Virus record (IMG/VR): IMGVR_UViG_2834443690_000002
Coordinates: 1 to 64,000 of that record
Length of the DNA stretch: 64,000 bases
From: a virus
Taxonomy: Duplodnaviria > Caudoviricetes
Strand: one strand, 5' to 3'
Shown: one piece after another, positions 20,090 through 30,783 of the stretch
How positions within the stretch are numbered: the stretch's first letter is position 1
Layout: each line of letters starts with the position of its first letter
Made by a program: the position numbers and the translations under genes
The notes under the pieces: model-generated
Database searches by the model: none
Seen by the model: only the letters and a program-made list of their open reading frames with translations
Told to the model about the DNA's origin: nothing

Positions 20090-21555
20090 TATTGACCACC
20101 TCCAAAGAGGGCTGCCTGAAGAATATTCGGATCAAATTGAAGCACATCAATGATATTTTCAGCCGGAGGAAATGCCCCAATCGATTGGATAAACTGAATT
20201 TGGCCACCCTGAATTGCACTTATGGGGTTATCTTGTTGCCTGAATTCAATCTTTGCCCCAGCAATTTGCCCCGCCGCTTGATATCCGTTGGCTTTGATAT
20301 TTTCATCATCTACAACGGATTCAATAAGGCGGTAATTCGTTGGATCATCAGCCTTCGAGAAGAAATCCACAATAAACGAATTTCCCCACCAATCGAAGAT
20401 CCGGCGAACCGGAATAAAGCGGTCTTTCACGTCCGTTGATGAGGGATAAATCCCGGTATTATTCCCCCAAGAACGCCACCCCGCCATATTAATAGCGGTT
20501 ACAATCCCATTGCCGTTTAATTCGTTCGCCTGCAGCATATCCAAATAAATTTCAGTGCCATCGGCTAGAACTGTAGCATCAATGGGCAATACTTTGTTCG
20601 AAGGAGATTTATACGGGACACTATTGTTTTGGGCATCCGTATAGGAGATTAATGCTGCCATCACTGCGCTGTACCAATAAATCTTGCTGCCGACTTTGAG
20701 CTTTGGCCAAAGGACAATATCGCGCTTATCCGTATAGCCATTGGTCGTTTTCCATGATGCTACCGCTGTATAATCCTTAACGGCAGAGCAATCGACATCA
20801 AGAACAACTTCGGCGCTAAAACATCCATTAATTGCGGAACTATTGGCATTTAAGGCTTCCTTAACCTCTGGCTTATGACTCCATCCGGGGGCAAGTAATA
20901 GCCCCGGTACAAGGGCAAGCCGGGGAAATACCTGTTGAACGCATTCAATTCCTTTATAGGTACCCGTTGCCGAAATATAACTCCCGATAATATCCGTTTC
21001 CGTGACCTTCGACGGATCGATTTTTTTACAGGTAACTTTTAACTGCGTGGCATCTGAAGGAATATCACCGGTGCTGACAACTGTTATGATCGGATACCCA
21101 TCAGCATCAAAGGAAACTGTGTAATCGGTTCCTTTGCTATAGGTTGTCGTGCCCGTGCTGTCCTTGACAACGAATGTATTGTCTAGAAGAACGCCAAACG
21201 TGTTTACCTTAGCTGAATTGTTGACAATAGCCACGGTTTGTTCTGGCACGTCCACATTATGGACAGCGGGATCTAAAACATTAATAAGCACTAATGGGCT
21301 AACGCCAAACAGGTTGAAACAAGCGTCAATCGACTGGCAAAGCGTATAATTGTCGAAATCGTCGCTATACCCTACTGCAGCCTTCGCTTCATCAAGGTAA
21401 TGGACTACAATAGGCTTGTTAACCGCCGCGGCCGGATCAGCCAACAAATTAACCGGCGCCGTACCGATGACAACCTGCACTGACGACAGAGATTCAATGG
21501 GCTCCGTGACAGGCGTTGCCAGCTCTTGAATGGAAATTCCATGTTGATAAGCCAT
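20089..21555 (-). CDS. Contractile tail sheath protein
   Basis: YQHGI, IGTAP, LLAPG, SPSNK, WGNNT, FIPVRR. Confidence 0.93.
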   Translation of the reverse strand: MAYQHGISIQELATPVTEPIESLSSVQVVIGTAPVNLLADPAAAVNKPIVVHYLDEAKAAVGYSDDFDNYTLCQSIDACFNLFGVSPLVLINVLDPAVHNVDVPEQTVAIVNNSAKVNTFGVLLDNTFVVKDSTGTTTYSKGTDYTVSFDADGYPIITVVSTGDIPSDATQLKVTCKKIDPSKVTETDIIGSYISATGTYKGIECVQQVFPRLALVPGLLLAPGWSHKPEVKEALNANSSAINGCFSAEVVLDVDCSAVKDYTAVASWKTTNGYTDKRDIVLWPKLKVGSKIYWYSAVMAALISYTDAQNNSVPYKSPSNKVLPIDATVLADGTEIYLDMLQANELNGNGIVTAINMAGWRSWGNNTGIYPSSTDVKDRFIPVRRIFDWWGNSFIVDFFSKADDPTNYRLIESVVDDENIKANGYQAAGQIAGAKIEFRQQDNPISAIQGGQIQFIQSIGAFPPAENIIDVLQFDPNILQAALFGGGQ

Positions 21556-21556
21556 C

Positions 21557-22036
21557 TTAAGTTAATCCCTCCTCATCATCAAAAAGTAACTTAGGCACGG
21601 TCCAATTAGTTTCCATGCCTCCAAAATAGTAGGGGCAGACATCCTCTTCATTGACCGTCCATTTATAGGGGTAAACACATTCAAACTGTTTGTTGAAAAT
21701 GCGTTTTTTAAAGAGATGCTGCCGTATTTTTTCCAAAACATTGAGTACATCTTTATGACCTTGGTTGCTTTCATCGTCGTCAAACGTTCCGACGACAAAC
21801 ATAAGCTTGCAAGTATCGCCCGATTCTTCATCGACGCCCTCGCCCTCTTGGATCCGGACGACAACATAAGGGAATGGCGAAATAGTATTCTCGTGCTCAT
21901 CTTTCTTTGGAACAGGCAAACATTGAGGATAAATATTCACTGCTACATACTCGCCATCAGGATTCTTAAGCTGCATTCCGCTGAACAGAGAGCCCATCTC
22001 TTTAACCAGAACGTCCTGTAACTCGGTAGGTATCAT
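21557..22036 (-). CDS. Tail terminator/completion protein
   Basis: Position before sheath; FPYVVVR. Confidence 0.65.
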   Translation of the reverse strand: MIPTELQDVLVKEMGSLFSGMQLKNPDGEYVAVNIYPQCLPVPKKDEHENTISPFPYVVVRIQEGEGVDEESGDTCKLMFVVGTFDDDESNQGHKDVLNVLEKIRQHLFKKRIFNKQFECVYPYKWTVNEEDVCPYYFGGMETNWTVPKLLFDDEEGLT

Positions 22037-22038
22037 TC

Positions 22039-22590
22039 TTAACCGCTCTCCAATATCCTTTGAATTTCATGATCAAGCCGTTGATCAAACATTTTGGACG
22101 CTTCGGATTCAACAAACTGCCTGACACTTGAACTTCCTAACATTTGAGGAACCGCAGGGCCATAAAGCTGCTCGATAGGAAGACGGCTCTTTCCCGTACG
22201 GCGAAAAACCTTATTTCCGTTGATGTCGGCCACAAAAGCCCCTACGATTTCTTTGAGACCCGTCTTTTTTACCTGGACTTTTAGAACGCTTGGCGGCTTC
22301 TTAGGTCTCGGATTCGAAGGGCTTACTTTAAATTTAATTAAGGGAATTCGTTCCCCCGTCGATTTCACGACGGCCCCAAGAGTCGTCCTATTGGCTTGCG
22401 TAATTTTAATGGTACTCCGAACGTCACCGGCTTTAATTTGATAATCCTCTCGGACTTTCTTAACCGCATTAGTCCGGGCATTTTGAGCCGCCCGATTTAA
22501 GGCCCTGGCAATAACATTGGGAGCCTTATTTTTAAAGCTCCCAAGTCGTTCTTCAACTTCTTTTAGTTTTTCGGCGTCAATCGTAATCAT
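22039..22590 (-). CDS. Minor tail protein Z-like
   Basis: RALNRAA, R.GKSRLPI..L.GP.VPQM. Confidence 0.8.
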   Translation of the reverse strand: MITIDAEKLKEVEERLGSFKNKAPNVIARALNRAAQNARTNAVKKVREDYQIKAGDVRSTIKITQANRTTLGAVVKSTGERIPLIKFKVSPSNPRPKKPPSVLKVQVKKTGLKEIVGAFVADINGNKVFRRTGKSRLPIEQLYGPAVPQMLGSSSVRQFVESEASKMFDQRLDHEIQRILESG

Positions 22591-22904
22591 GAGCCAATAG
22601 CCTCCAGGATAATCGTGCAAACACCATCATTCTCTTGATAATCCGAAGCGTGGTATTTTTTACCATCAAACTTAATAATCTGAGATTTGATTGAAGGTTT
22701 TAGCCCCCATTCAGACTTCCGGACATGAAAAAGGAGGTCTCCTAAATAGGTACCCTCTGCTGCTTTGAGTTTCCGCTCTTTAAGCTCTTCGTTGTCAGGA
22801 ACAATGGTCATGAGTTTATCGTCAATGATGTGCTCTTCGCCCAATTCATCAAGATTAAAGAAAATATCTAAATCGCTGGCTAGATAATCTTTAAAATTAG
22901 CCAT
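22587..22904 (-). CDS. Head-tail joining protein
   Basis: FFNLDELGEEH; synteny. Confidence 0.65.
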   Translation of the reverse strand: MANFKDYLASDLDIFFNLDELGEEHIIDDKLMTIVPDNEELKERKLKAAEGTYLGDLLFHVRKSEWGLKPSIKSQIIKFDGKKYHASDYQENDGVCTIILEAIGS

Positions 22905-23250
22905 TTGCGGCCGCCGTGGTAGAAGGAGCTGCGGAAGAATTAGCCGGATCAGCAGGAGTTACCGGAGGCATAGACGTTGCTGGTCCTTCAGGCGTCTCAC
23001 TTGGAGAAGTTGCCGTTTCGGCTTGTGCTGGAGTTTGTACAGATGAATCTGTTGGGGGTGCAGAAGTTTCGGGAGCAGCAGGGGGAACATTTGATTTTGA
23101 ATTTTGTTTAGCTCCTTCTATCGCCTTTTCGGCAATACCTTTTGAAATAAGCTTGTCTTCTTCAGCTTGAGAAAGCCCTTTGACCGTTTCCCCAACTTTA
23201 TATGATTTATTTTTAAACCGTATATACCCTTCTTTAACAATAATAGCCAC
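22897..23250 (-). CDS. Capsid-associated small protein with Pro/Ala/Thr-rich tail
   Basis: Y..GE...A..LI..G pattern directly after MCP. Confidence 0.55.
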   Translation of the reverse strand: MAIIVKEGYIRFKNKSYKVGETVKGLSQAEEDKLISKGIAEKAIEGAKQNSKSNVPPAAPETSAPPTDSSVQTPAQAETATSPSETPEGPATSMPPVTPADPANSSAAPSTTAAANG

Positions 23251-23277
23251 GTTCTTTATCCTCCCTTAATCTGTAAA

Positions 23278-24333
23278 TTAAAGAACTGTTCCTACATACC
23301 AAGAATCAACTTCCTGGGGAACTGTCAACGGCCGGCTATGGAGCGCTAAGAATCGTTGCGGCGGATCTTCTTCGATCCATGTTTGGGCGGCTTTTTCGCC
23401 AACGATCGAACGGAATCCGCTTGCTGTTGTAGCATCGGTCAGCTTAATTTCGCCGTAATAAATGGTAGTCTTAGCATTGGTGGAACCTAGCAAAACAGTA
23501 CCAGGGGGAACGATGGGACTTTCCGTCGGGTTGGCAGGATCCGTCCAGTCATCTAAGAACCATTCGTTATAAATATAAATCGGCATGTTATACTTAAGGA
23601 TCATGCCGCCATAGATGACATTCTCCGATAACTGACGGGGATTGAGTTGCAGAACATTTAGATTGAGACTTAATTGATCTAAATAGCCTTGTGCTTTAAC
23701 TCTGGTCATAAAGGCATTATAGGCATCCGAAGACATCAAGCAAACGTTGGGAGTATGGTATCCATTCTGTTGGCAAATAAGAACCCAGCGATCAATGTCC
23801 GCCATTGGATCGCTAGTATCAGCGCTCCAAAGTGCTCCCCCGGCAAGTGCTTCTTTATTCGTAAATCCAAAATCAATTTCGTAGTTAACACCTTCACCGA
23901 TAACCGGTATTTTTCCGGTTAACATTGCTCTGGAAGCCATCCATTCTTCACGACGGATATTCATATCGTTAAAGTCGTTTAAGGCATTAGTGAGCATGAT
24001 CAAGCCTCTTTCTTCAGCTGCCACGGCATTATAAAGACCTTCGCCCGGTAATCTTACAGAAATATCCTCAACGCCAGTTACGTCTTTTGGTTTGAGCAAC
24101 GGAGTCTTAAAAGTATTGGTCTTATAACCAATTTTCTCAATGGTCTTCCCGGCACTTTTAGGGCTGACAAAGGGCGAAATTCGTCGTTTCCCCTTGTAAA
24201 AATCAACATCAACCGTGTCACCGAGAATGGGCAAATGCCTATTGAAAAAGGTATCCCTGAAAAATCCTCCGGTGGCCGGCATAACGCTTACGAGTTGGTC
24301 CATAACTCTGGGATCATAAATATTGATTGGCAT
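23278..24333 (-). CDS. Major capsid protein (lambda gpE family)
   Basis: FFRDTFF, SPFVSP, RREEWMA, SRPL.VP. Confidence 0.92.
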   Translation of the reverse strand: MPINIYDPRVMDQLVSVMPATGGFFRDTFFNRHLPILGDTVDVDFYKGKRRISPFVSPKSAGKTIEKIGYKTNTFKTPLLKPKDVTGVEDISVRLPGEGLYNAVAAEERGLIMLTNALNDFNDMNIRREEWMASRAMLTGKIPVIGEGVNYEIDFGFTNKEALAGGALWSADTSDPMADIDRWVLICQQNGYHTPNVCLMSSDAYNAFMTRVKAQGYLDQLSLNLNVLQLNPRQLSENVIYGGMILKYNMPIYIYNEWFLDDWTDPANPTESPIVPPGTVLLGSTNAKTTIYYGEIKLTDATTASGFRSIVGEKAAQTWIEEDPPQRFLALHSRPLTVPQEVDSWYVGTVL

Positions 24334-24360
24334 GTAAGTTTCCCCCTCTTATTGTTTGAT

Positions 24361-24765
24361 TTACTGCTTAACTGCTTGCCTGAGGTAAATATTTTGGGCC
24401 GCTAGGATATCCCGGTTGTCATCGGCCGTAGAGGCTCCACCGAAACGCATCGAATTCTCGTTGAAAACCCCAGCTCGATACCCGATGGTTTTGGCTGTAA
24501 CTCCCGCTCCGGTTGTAATATCTTCGGATGCTACCGCATAAAAACTGTTTTCGTCAGCAGCTCCTGACGGCCTAACAAAATTAGTAGCGACAGTTCGATT
24601 GGTAGTCCCAACGGCTCCCTCAACGGCAATGGTTTCAGTGACCTTTTTCTCAAGTAAGTCGCCACGTAGAATCGTTTGGTTCTCTCCAATGGTGATTTCT
24701 TCCGTTACAACGTCAATATTCCCGGCAAAAAGATTGTCATAGGTCAATGTGTCAAGATTTGGCAT
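24361..24765 (-). CDS. Head decoration protein (lambda gpD-like)
   Basis: DNLFAG, RG, Y..G.FN; between protease and MCP. Confidence 0.8.
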   Translation of the reverse strand: MPNLDTLTYDNLFAGNIDVVTEEITIGENQTILRGDLLEKKVTETIAVEGAVGTTNRTVATNFVRPSGAADENSFYAVASEDITTGAGVTAKTIGYRAGVFNENSMRFGGASTADDNRDILAAQNIYLRQAVKQ

Positions 24766-25961
24766 TATTTATTACCTCCTTCTGCAATCCCAAGGGTTTT
24801 CTTGGCAATTGCTGTAACCCTGTTTAGGATCCCTGTTACTTCGTCTGGTTTAGTATCATCAGATGCGCTGCCGGGAACTTGATTTGCATTATTGGCATCA
24901 GCTTCAGCCTGAGCAACATAGGCTGAATTGATCATTTTCCCTTCCTGTAAGGCTTTAAAAAGCACGCTTTCAGCCGTTGCCCCGTCTTCATACTTGGCCT
25001 TGGCCAAAAACTCCGGATCAACTTTGCCATTTAAGACATCAAACGCCTTGAGCCGTTCGGTTTCGGCCTTAACTGCGTTCACTCTTCCCTCATTGATAGC
25101 CGCATTGTAGATGTCCGGATGCTTTTCTTTGAGTTCAGCCAAATCCATAATCGTTTCCTCCTCATTATGTTTATTTTGAGGCACCAAAATGGCGCCAGAA
25201 TCTAAGAGCGTCATCAAATGCTTTATGGATTCATTCGCGCTATTGATGACTGAAAGCCTATTGTAGGCAAAATTCATGACATCACCTGGTTTTTCGCCGG
25301 TTTGGTAAAGAATATCGTCGGCAAAGCCTTCCTTCGTGGCGACATTAGCGCTCATATAGGTTTCATCATCCATCATGCTGGAGATTTTATCCCTTGCTAT
25401 TCCTGTTTTATTAGCATAAGCGTTAATGATGGTGTCTTTAATGACGTCAAGCACATCGGCAGCTTTTCTCATGTCGCTTGCATACCCTTGGACGCTCGAT
25501 AATGGGTTATGAACCATCAGAATTGCGACAGGAGCCATGAGAATTTGGTCACAGGCCATAAGAGGGATGGTTCCGGCGCTCATGGCCTTACTTCCCACCT
25601 TGCCGGTGATGGTTGACCCTGTCTGCTTATGTTCCATGAGAGCAACATACATACCGGTCGCTGCAAAGACGTTGCCGCCATAGCTATCCACCCAAAGCGT
25701 AAGGTCTTTCCCGGCATATTGGGAAAGTTCATCGCGAAAAGCATTCGGCGCAGCAGACGGAATACCGTACCACTCATATAACCAGGCGTCCTCATCGTCA
25801 ACAATAGTACCCTCAATGCGAAGTTCAACGCACTCGGGCTCTGTTTCGGTGGCCGCATTCATGACAAAGTTCCAATATCTAGTTTTAGGTGTTTTCATCG
25901 GGTTTGTCGCTTGCCCCATTATTGGCTTGTTGCCGTTTACTGGGGCTAATTGCTGGCCCAT
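24765..25961 (-). CDS. ClpP-like prohead protease with scaffold tail
   Basis: DSYGG, AMSAG, MVHNP, DETY.SA...EGFAD. Confidence 0.9.
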   Translation of the reverse strand: MGQQLAPVNGNKPIMGQATNPMKTPKTRYWNFVMNAATETEPECVELRIEGTIVDDEDAWLYEWYGIPSAAPNAFRDELSQYAGKDLTLWVDSYGGNVFAATGMYVALMEHKQTGSTITGKVGSKAMSAGTIPLMACDQILMAPVAILMVHNPLSSVQGYASDMRKAADVLDVIKDTIINAYANKTGIARDKISSMMDDETYMSANVATKEGFADDILYQTGEKPGDVMNFAYNRLSVINSANESIKHLMTLLDSGAILVPQNKHNEEETIMDLAELKEKHPDIYNAAINEGRVNAVKAETERLKAFDVLNGKVDPEFLAKAKYEDGATAESVLFKALQEGKMINSAYVAQAEADANNANQVPGSASDDTKPDEVTGILNRVTAIAKKTLGIAEGGNK

Positions 25962-27549
25962 TAAATCCCGCCTCCTTCATCTGGGCGTTTTCTCGTTTGG
26001 CCTGTTGAACATTTCGGTCAAAGTTACCGCCGTTAATCTCCATCGTCTCTTGTTCCCTCGTACTGAAACCATTTTCCACTCGCATTTGTGCAGCTTCAGC
26101 TTCTTTTGTTGGATCAAGTTGGCCGGCGGCAGGTCCATTCCATTCAGCTCCACACCATGCTTTACGGATAACCGGATCATCAAAAAACCTCGGGGCCTTT
26201 ATTCTCCCGAGGCTAACCGCTTGAGCAAGCCATTCTTCATATATCGGCTGGCAAAAATCCTGAGCCATCCAAGCGCGACGCATTTTAAACATTTTCCAGG
26301 CCTCAAGAAGTGCCGCTCTTGCTGCAGAATAACTGGCCTTAAATGATTTTTGCAACAGTTCTTGAGGAATCTCTAGGGCTGCACCAATATATTTTGAAAG
26401 TGCATCCACAAAGCCTTCAAAGGCTGTGTTGGGCCTGCCTGGATTCGCCATCTCTACGTCCTCACCAGGCTGAAGAATATTGATAGCGCCGTTGCCTAAT
26501 TTATAGTCCACTGATTCATTGGTTTCTGCTTGTGGATTTTCCTGGCCCATAGATTCAGGCACCATTGACCCCAAGGGCATTTCACTAGTAGGGCCTTCGG
26601 TCTTTACAAATACGGTAAACATGCCTGTTACTACTGCAGCCATAAGCTCCGCTTCGGTATATCGCGTGAGTTGCTTCAAAGTTTCAATAACCGGAGCAAG
26701 GAAAGGCACACCTCTTCGCTGTTCAGGACGTTCCGATTCCATGAGATGTAAGACATTGGGCCTGCCGGTTAGAGGCCCAAAAGCTTCAACTCTTGTCCAA
26801 GTTAAAGGCGATAAATCACTGGCAAAATAAAAGGATTGCGGGTAACGATTACAAATCCAATACGCAACAACAGCCCCATTAGCATCAATTTCCACGCCAG
26901 ATATGACTCGATTGCCATTCGGGGCTTTGCCTTCAATGGCAAAGATGCTTATTTCGCCGGCAATAACATTGCTAAAAGTATTGGGAGTGCATACTCTGTC
27001 TGCCTCAATAAGATGTACTCTCAGGCCATAAGGCATAAATGGCTGGGGCCTATCCTGTTTTAATAGGGCAAAACCGTCTCCGCTTTGGAGCCATGATAAC
27101 TGGGCAAGTTGTTGTAGCTCATAAAAGTTGTTCATTTTTAAAGCGTCGCAATGGACCGATTCCGCCCATAGGGAAAATTCTCTCTCAACGGTCTGTTCCC
27201 ATTCGTCCGCTTCTTCTTCGGATAATCCAAGGAAATTAAAATCAATGCGGGATTTTAGCTTAAGCCCTGATCCAATGACATTGGTGCGCGTCGTTTGTAT
27301 AGATCCTCTGGCCAACGGGGCATTCATGTACAAATCACGACACCGATTACGAAGTGTATAAAGATTGAGGTCGATATCTTCTTCCGGGCTGGCGCTCCTG
27401 CTTCTCCAACCGCGCATAGATTTTTTACGAACGGACGCCCCGCCCTCTGAATAGCCGGTATTCAATACTTTTAGAGCATTTCTGGCGGCTACGCGACGTA
27501 CTGCCCTATTTGGTGCAAAATACGAAACTGCTCGGTCGATTAAATTCAA
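25885..27549 (-). CDS. Portal protein (lambda family)
   Basis: RPEQRRGVP, SYSAARAALLE, LDP.KE. Confidence 0.93.
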   Translation of the reverse strand: MNLIDRAVSYFAPNRAVRRVAARNALKVLNTGYSEGGASVRKKSMRGWRSRSASPEEDIDLNLYTLRNRCRDLYMNAPLARGSIQTTRTNVIGSGLKLKSRIDFNFLGLSEEEADEWEQTVEREFSLWAESVHCDALKMNNFYELQQLAQLSWLQSGDGFALLKQDRPQPFMPYGLRVHLIEADRVCTPNTFSNVIAGEISIFAIEGKAPNGNRVISGVEIDANGAVVAYWICNRYPQSFYFASDLSPLTWTRVEAFGPLTGRPNVLHLMESERPEQRRGVPFLAPVIETLKQLTRYTEAELMAAVVTGMFTVFVKTEGPTSEMPLGSMVPESMGQENPQAETNESVDYKLGNGAINILQPGEDVEMANPGRPNTAFEGFVDALSKYIGAALEIPQELLQKSFKASYSAARAALLEAWKMFKMRRAWMAQDFCQPIYEEWLAQAVSLGRIKAPRFFDDPVIRKAWCGAEWNGPAAGQLDPTKEAEAAQMRVENGFSTREQETMEINGGNFDRNVQQAKRENAQMKEAGFNGPAISPSKRQQANNGASDKPDENT

Positions 27550-27600
27550 ATTCTCACCACCTTTCAGGGCAAAAAATAAAACACCTTAAATTTTTAGGTG

Positions 27601-27954
27601 TTAAATGTCGATCGGAATGGCACCGGCAACAAGATTTCTTCCCCTGCCCCTGGATCGGCTTTCTTCCTGAGCGATTTCCTTTTCGAGATATTTAATCATC
27701 TCGGCGACTTCCTGTAAATTTGCCCTAGTAATCGTCTTTTTCGCTAAGGCATAGCTTTGAGCCCCGTTTAAAATCGAATCCTCACACTGAAGATATTCAG
27801 CGAGCCGATTATTCAGAGTTTCTAATCTTGTTGCCGTAGTAATCACTCCTTTTTTACAAATCAATGCCTCTTGAAACAACACCGTAACGCCTTTTTTTCG
27901 GCGTGTTGTTGGCAATATTACTAGGCTTTTGAGGGCTGTTATCGGTCGTTTCAC
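27601..27954 (-). CDS. Head completion protein (gpW-like); real start probably near 27845
   Basis: GAQSY...TRANL between terminase and portal. Confidence 0.7.
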   Translation of the reverse strand: MKRPITALKSLVILPTTRRKKGVTVLFQEALICKKGVITTATRLETLNNRLAEYLQCEDSILNGAQSYALAKKTITRANLQEVAEMIKYLEKEIAQEESRSRGRGRNLVAGAIPIDI

Positions 27955-29785
27955 GCAATTTTTTAAGCATTTCCAAGTTAGGCTTCAAGATTTCAAGCGC
28001 TGCAGTGGCGTAATTTCGAAGGTCAAACGGCTCATTGCGTGCCCCGGATGAGCGTTTTTCCCATCGTAATATGGTTTGTCCCCTGGAATAATGGGTTGTT
28101 CTGTGCTCAGAAGTCAGCCCTTCGAAGTAAGTTCGGTCATAACCTTTATCATTATCGATAGGGAAATGGCAATACCCAGGCCCTTCAAACTCAACTTTTA
28201 GACGCGAAGTAATGGTATCTTTCCCGGCGTCAACACCAATGTTAAATAACCACGCTCCGGCATCATTTCGTTTCGTTGGCCGATGAATAAAGGGTATTCC
28301 GCTTCCGCCCTGGCCTTTAATGGCCCATACTCTATTAATTTCTCGGGCTTTGCAATAACTATAAACAGTATCCGAATGATAACCTGAGTCAATACAGGCC
28401 GTCATGATCTGAAGCACCTGGCCATCTTCGGTAAGGTATTCTTTGTTTAGGATATCGTCGAGCATTTCCCAGGGAGATCGTATTTTCAATCCTTCCGGGC
28501 TTGTAATCGTGGTAAGTTGTCCAGGATCGCCCATAATAACGCCATATTGAATGCCCCAGGACTCCTTTTCCAGGCCCCAGCCTACAATTTCATATTCAAG
28601 ACGGTTCTTTTGGACGTCAACCCCGCAGGTTAAAACCAAGACATCCTTTGGAACGTCGCAATCATAGCGTTCCCGCCGCTTAACTAAGTCATCCGATTCA
28701 ACGCCCTCACCCTTTTCCTCCCAAAGTTCACCAAAAAGAGTATTCACGACAACCTTTAGTTTCTGCGGATTATGCTGAGCTTCAAGAAATTTACGTATGA
28801 TTTTGCTCCAGGATGTCCACGGAGAAGAGAACGCATTCAGCCAGAAAGAGCGAACACCATTGTTATAGGCTTCGGGATTGGCTGCTATCCATTTCGCCGG
28901 CTGTTTACGCATGACATTCTCGGGTGAAATACACCCACATGAGGGACATGCCCAGCCGCTTATCGTTACGTTATAGGTTTTCTTCTTGCCAACTTTAATT
29001 TCCTCATAGTCATATTTCACATTTCCGAAAACAATATTATGCCAATCGCCACATTCCGGGCATTGATGACACCACCGTTCCTGAGTTCCAAGATAAAACG
29101 ACGCCTCAATATTACTGCTGCCTTTAATCGTCGGCGTTGATACCTCTACGGATTTTGCATTATAAAATGTCGCCTGCCTCGCTTCAGCCAAGGCCCATGG
29201 ATCACCTTCATCACCGGCACTTATGGCCCAGCGATCGCGTTCGTCACCAAGGATATATCGTGCTGGAGTTGAGGCCAAAGCCGCGGCGCTGTTTGATCCT
29301 ATGATCATGAGTGAACCGCCAGGAAATGACTTTTGCAGAATAGTATTGCCGCTATCCTTACCCTTGGCATCAGCTACTTTCGACTTTAACGGCTTACTAT
29401 CGCGGATCATTGGGGCCACACGGAGACGGGAAAACTTTTTAGCTTCCACAACAGACGGTTGTACAAAAATGATGGTTCCAGGATCTTGGTCGATGATATA
29501 GCCAATAACATTAAGTTCAAACTCGGATTTCCCGACCTGTGACGCAGCTACCATGATAATATGATGAACCTTTGCATCACTAAAAGCATTCATCGGCTCT
29601 TCCAGATAAGGGGTTCGCGAAGTTCTCCATGGTCCGGCCTCTGCTGAACTCTCAGGGGATAGGCGGCGGTTCCTGTCAGCCCATTCCGAAACAGTGAGGT
29701 CTTCGGGAGGCTTGAAGTTTTTGAGCGCATTCGAAATGGCTGCATTCAGCCGGTCGATCGCTCGCTTATCCTTCGTCCGGGCCAT
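27854..29785 (-). CDS. Terminase large subunit (lambda gpA family)
   Basis: SQVGKSE, DERD, STPT, GVDVQ, RNEPFD. Confidence 0.95.
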   Translation of the reverse strand: MARTKDKRAIDRLNAAISNALKNFKPPEDLTVSEWADRNRRLSPESSAEAGPWRTSRTPYLEEPMNAFSDAKVHHIIMVAASQVGKSEFELNVIGYIIDQDPGTIIFVQPSVVEAKKFSRLRVAPMIRDSKPLKSKVADAKGKDSGNTILQKSFPGGSLMIIGSNSAAALASTPARYILGDERDRWAISAGDEGDPWALAEARQATFYNAKSVEVSTPTIKGSSNIEASFYLGTQERWCHQCPECGDWHNIVFGNVKYDYEEIKVGKKKTYNVTISGWACPSCGCISPENVMRKQPAKWIAANPEAYNNGVRSFWLNAFSSPWTSWSKIIRKFLEAQHNPQKLKVVVNTLFGELWEEKGEGVESDDLVKRRERYDCDVPKDVLVLTCGVDVQKNRLEYEIVGWGLEKESWGIQYGVIMGDPGQLTTITSPEGLKIRSPWEMLDDILNKEYLTEDGQVLQIMTACIDSGYHSDTVYSYCKAREINRVWAIKGQGGSGIPFIHRPTKRNDAGAWLFNIGVDAGKDTITSRLKVEFEGPGYCHFPIDNDKGYDRTYFEGLTSEHRTTHYSRGQTILRWEKRSSGARNEPFDLRNYATAALEILKPNLEMLKKLRETTDNSPQKPSNIANNTPKKRRYGVVSRGIDL

Positions 29786-30350
29786 CTTTCTCCTGCTCTT
29801 TCCAACCTTGACGTTCCCTTACCCGCCGTTTATATTCTTCGGGATCGTAACGATAGTTAGAAAGATCATTAAGGATACCGAAACATTCTTGCTTAATGCG
29901 TTCTGAGGCTTCAGCGGCTGTCGTAATACCGGCAACATCAATGGCTAAACGTCCAGGCAAAGCCATAATCATACTTCGAATTGAAAAGACTAAATCGGTT
30001 GTCATAGCTTCAACGTCCTCACTACGATGCATTTTCCCCTCAAGCTCATCCAATTCAAGAGCTGCCATACTGGCTTTGCTTTCTTTCAGATCCGCTTCAG
30101 CTTTTGACTTTCTAGCCTCGTTCTTTAATGCTTCACTATTTTTAGGCTCGCGGTTGTTAATTTTATTGCTGAGGTATTTAATATACCCCTGAACCGTTGG
30201 CATAAGGTCATAACAATTGGCATTCTTAACCTTGGTGGCAACAATGACTCCCTCTTTAGTGAGCTGTTGAATCCTACGCTTCGATACACCAAAAACCTCG
30301 GCGAGGTAATCACTGCCCACTAGTTTTGCGTTCGATTCATTGTCTGACAT
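29766..30350 (-). CDS. Terminase small subunit (Nu1-like)
   Basis: N-terminal wHTH LAEVFGVSKRRIQQL, coiled coil, LP.RL. Confidence 0.85.
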   Translation of the reverse strand: MSDNESNAKLVGSDYLAEVFGVSKRRIQQLTKEGVIVATKVKNANCYDLMPTVQGYIKYLSNKINNREPKNSEALKNEARKSKAEADLKESKASMAALELDELEGKMHRSEDVEAMTTDLVFSIRSMIMALPGRLAIDVAGITTAAEASERIKQECFGILNDLSNYRYDPEEYKRRVRERQGWKEQEKDGPDEG

Positions 30351-30406
30351 TTTACCTGCCTCCTCGATTTGGCGAAACGAAACGCCCCAAAAAAATTTTT
30401 TCAAAA

Positions 30407-30637
30407 CTAGTTTTTTTTCGGGACTCGCAAGACCCGCATTTGGTCAAGTTCTCTGGAAGTACCTTGAACGTCTAAGTTAGTCAACTTGACACTTCTGTTG
30501 CCCACATCACTCTTCTCTTTCTCCTTAGTACACTCTAGACATAACAAACTTTCTTGAAAAGAGAAGTATTTCTTTTTACATCTTGTACATTGGAAAAGGA
30601 TTGGCTCAATTCTCGTTCTCTTGACCAAGACTCTCAC
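30407..30637 (-). CDS. Small zinc-finger protein
   Basis: CTRC...CLEC. Confidence 0.45.
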   Translation of the reverse strand: MRVLVKRTRIEPILFQCTRCKKKYFSFQESLLCLECTKEKEKSDVGNRSVKLTNLDVQGTSRELDQMRVLRVPKKN

Positions 30638-30783
30638 TCCTATTCCGCAAAAGAAAAGAGCCCTCAGGCTAATTAAAAACTAACTCCTATATAAAGATCG
30701 CATTTAAACAAGGGTATTACAAATTTGCATGATTATGGATTTCACCATGCAGGATTTGCCTCTTTCTTTCCAGAATTAGTAGA

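Noticed and set aside
13948-30192. Many + strand ORFs within the structural module
   Set aside because: Antisense shadows of well-supported minus-strand virion genes
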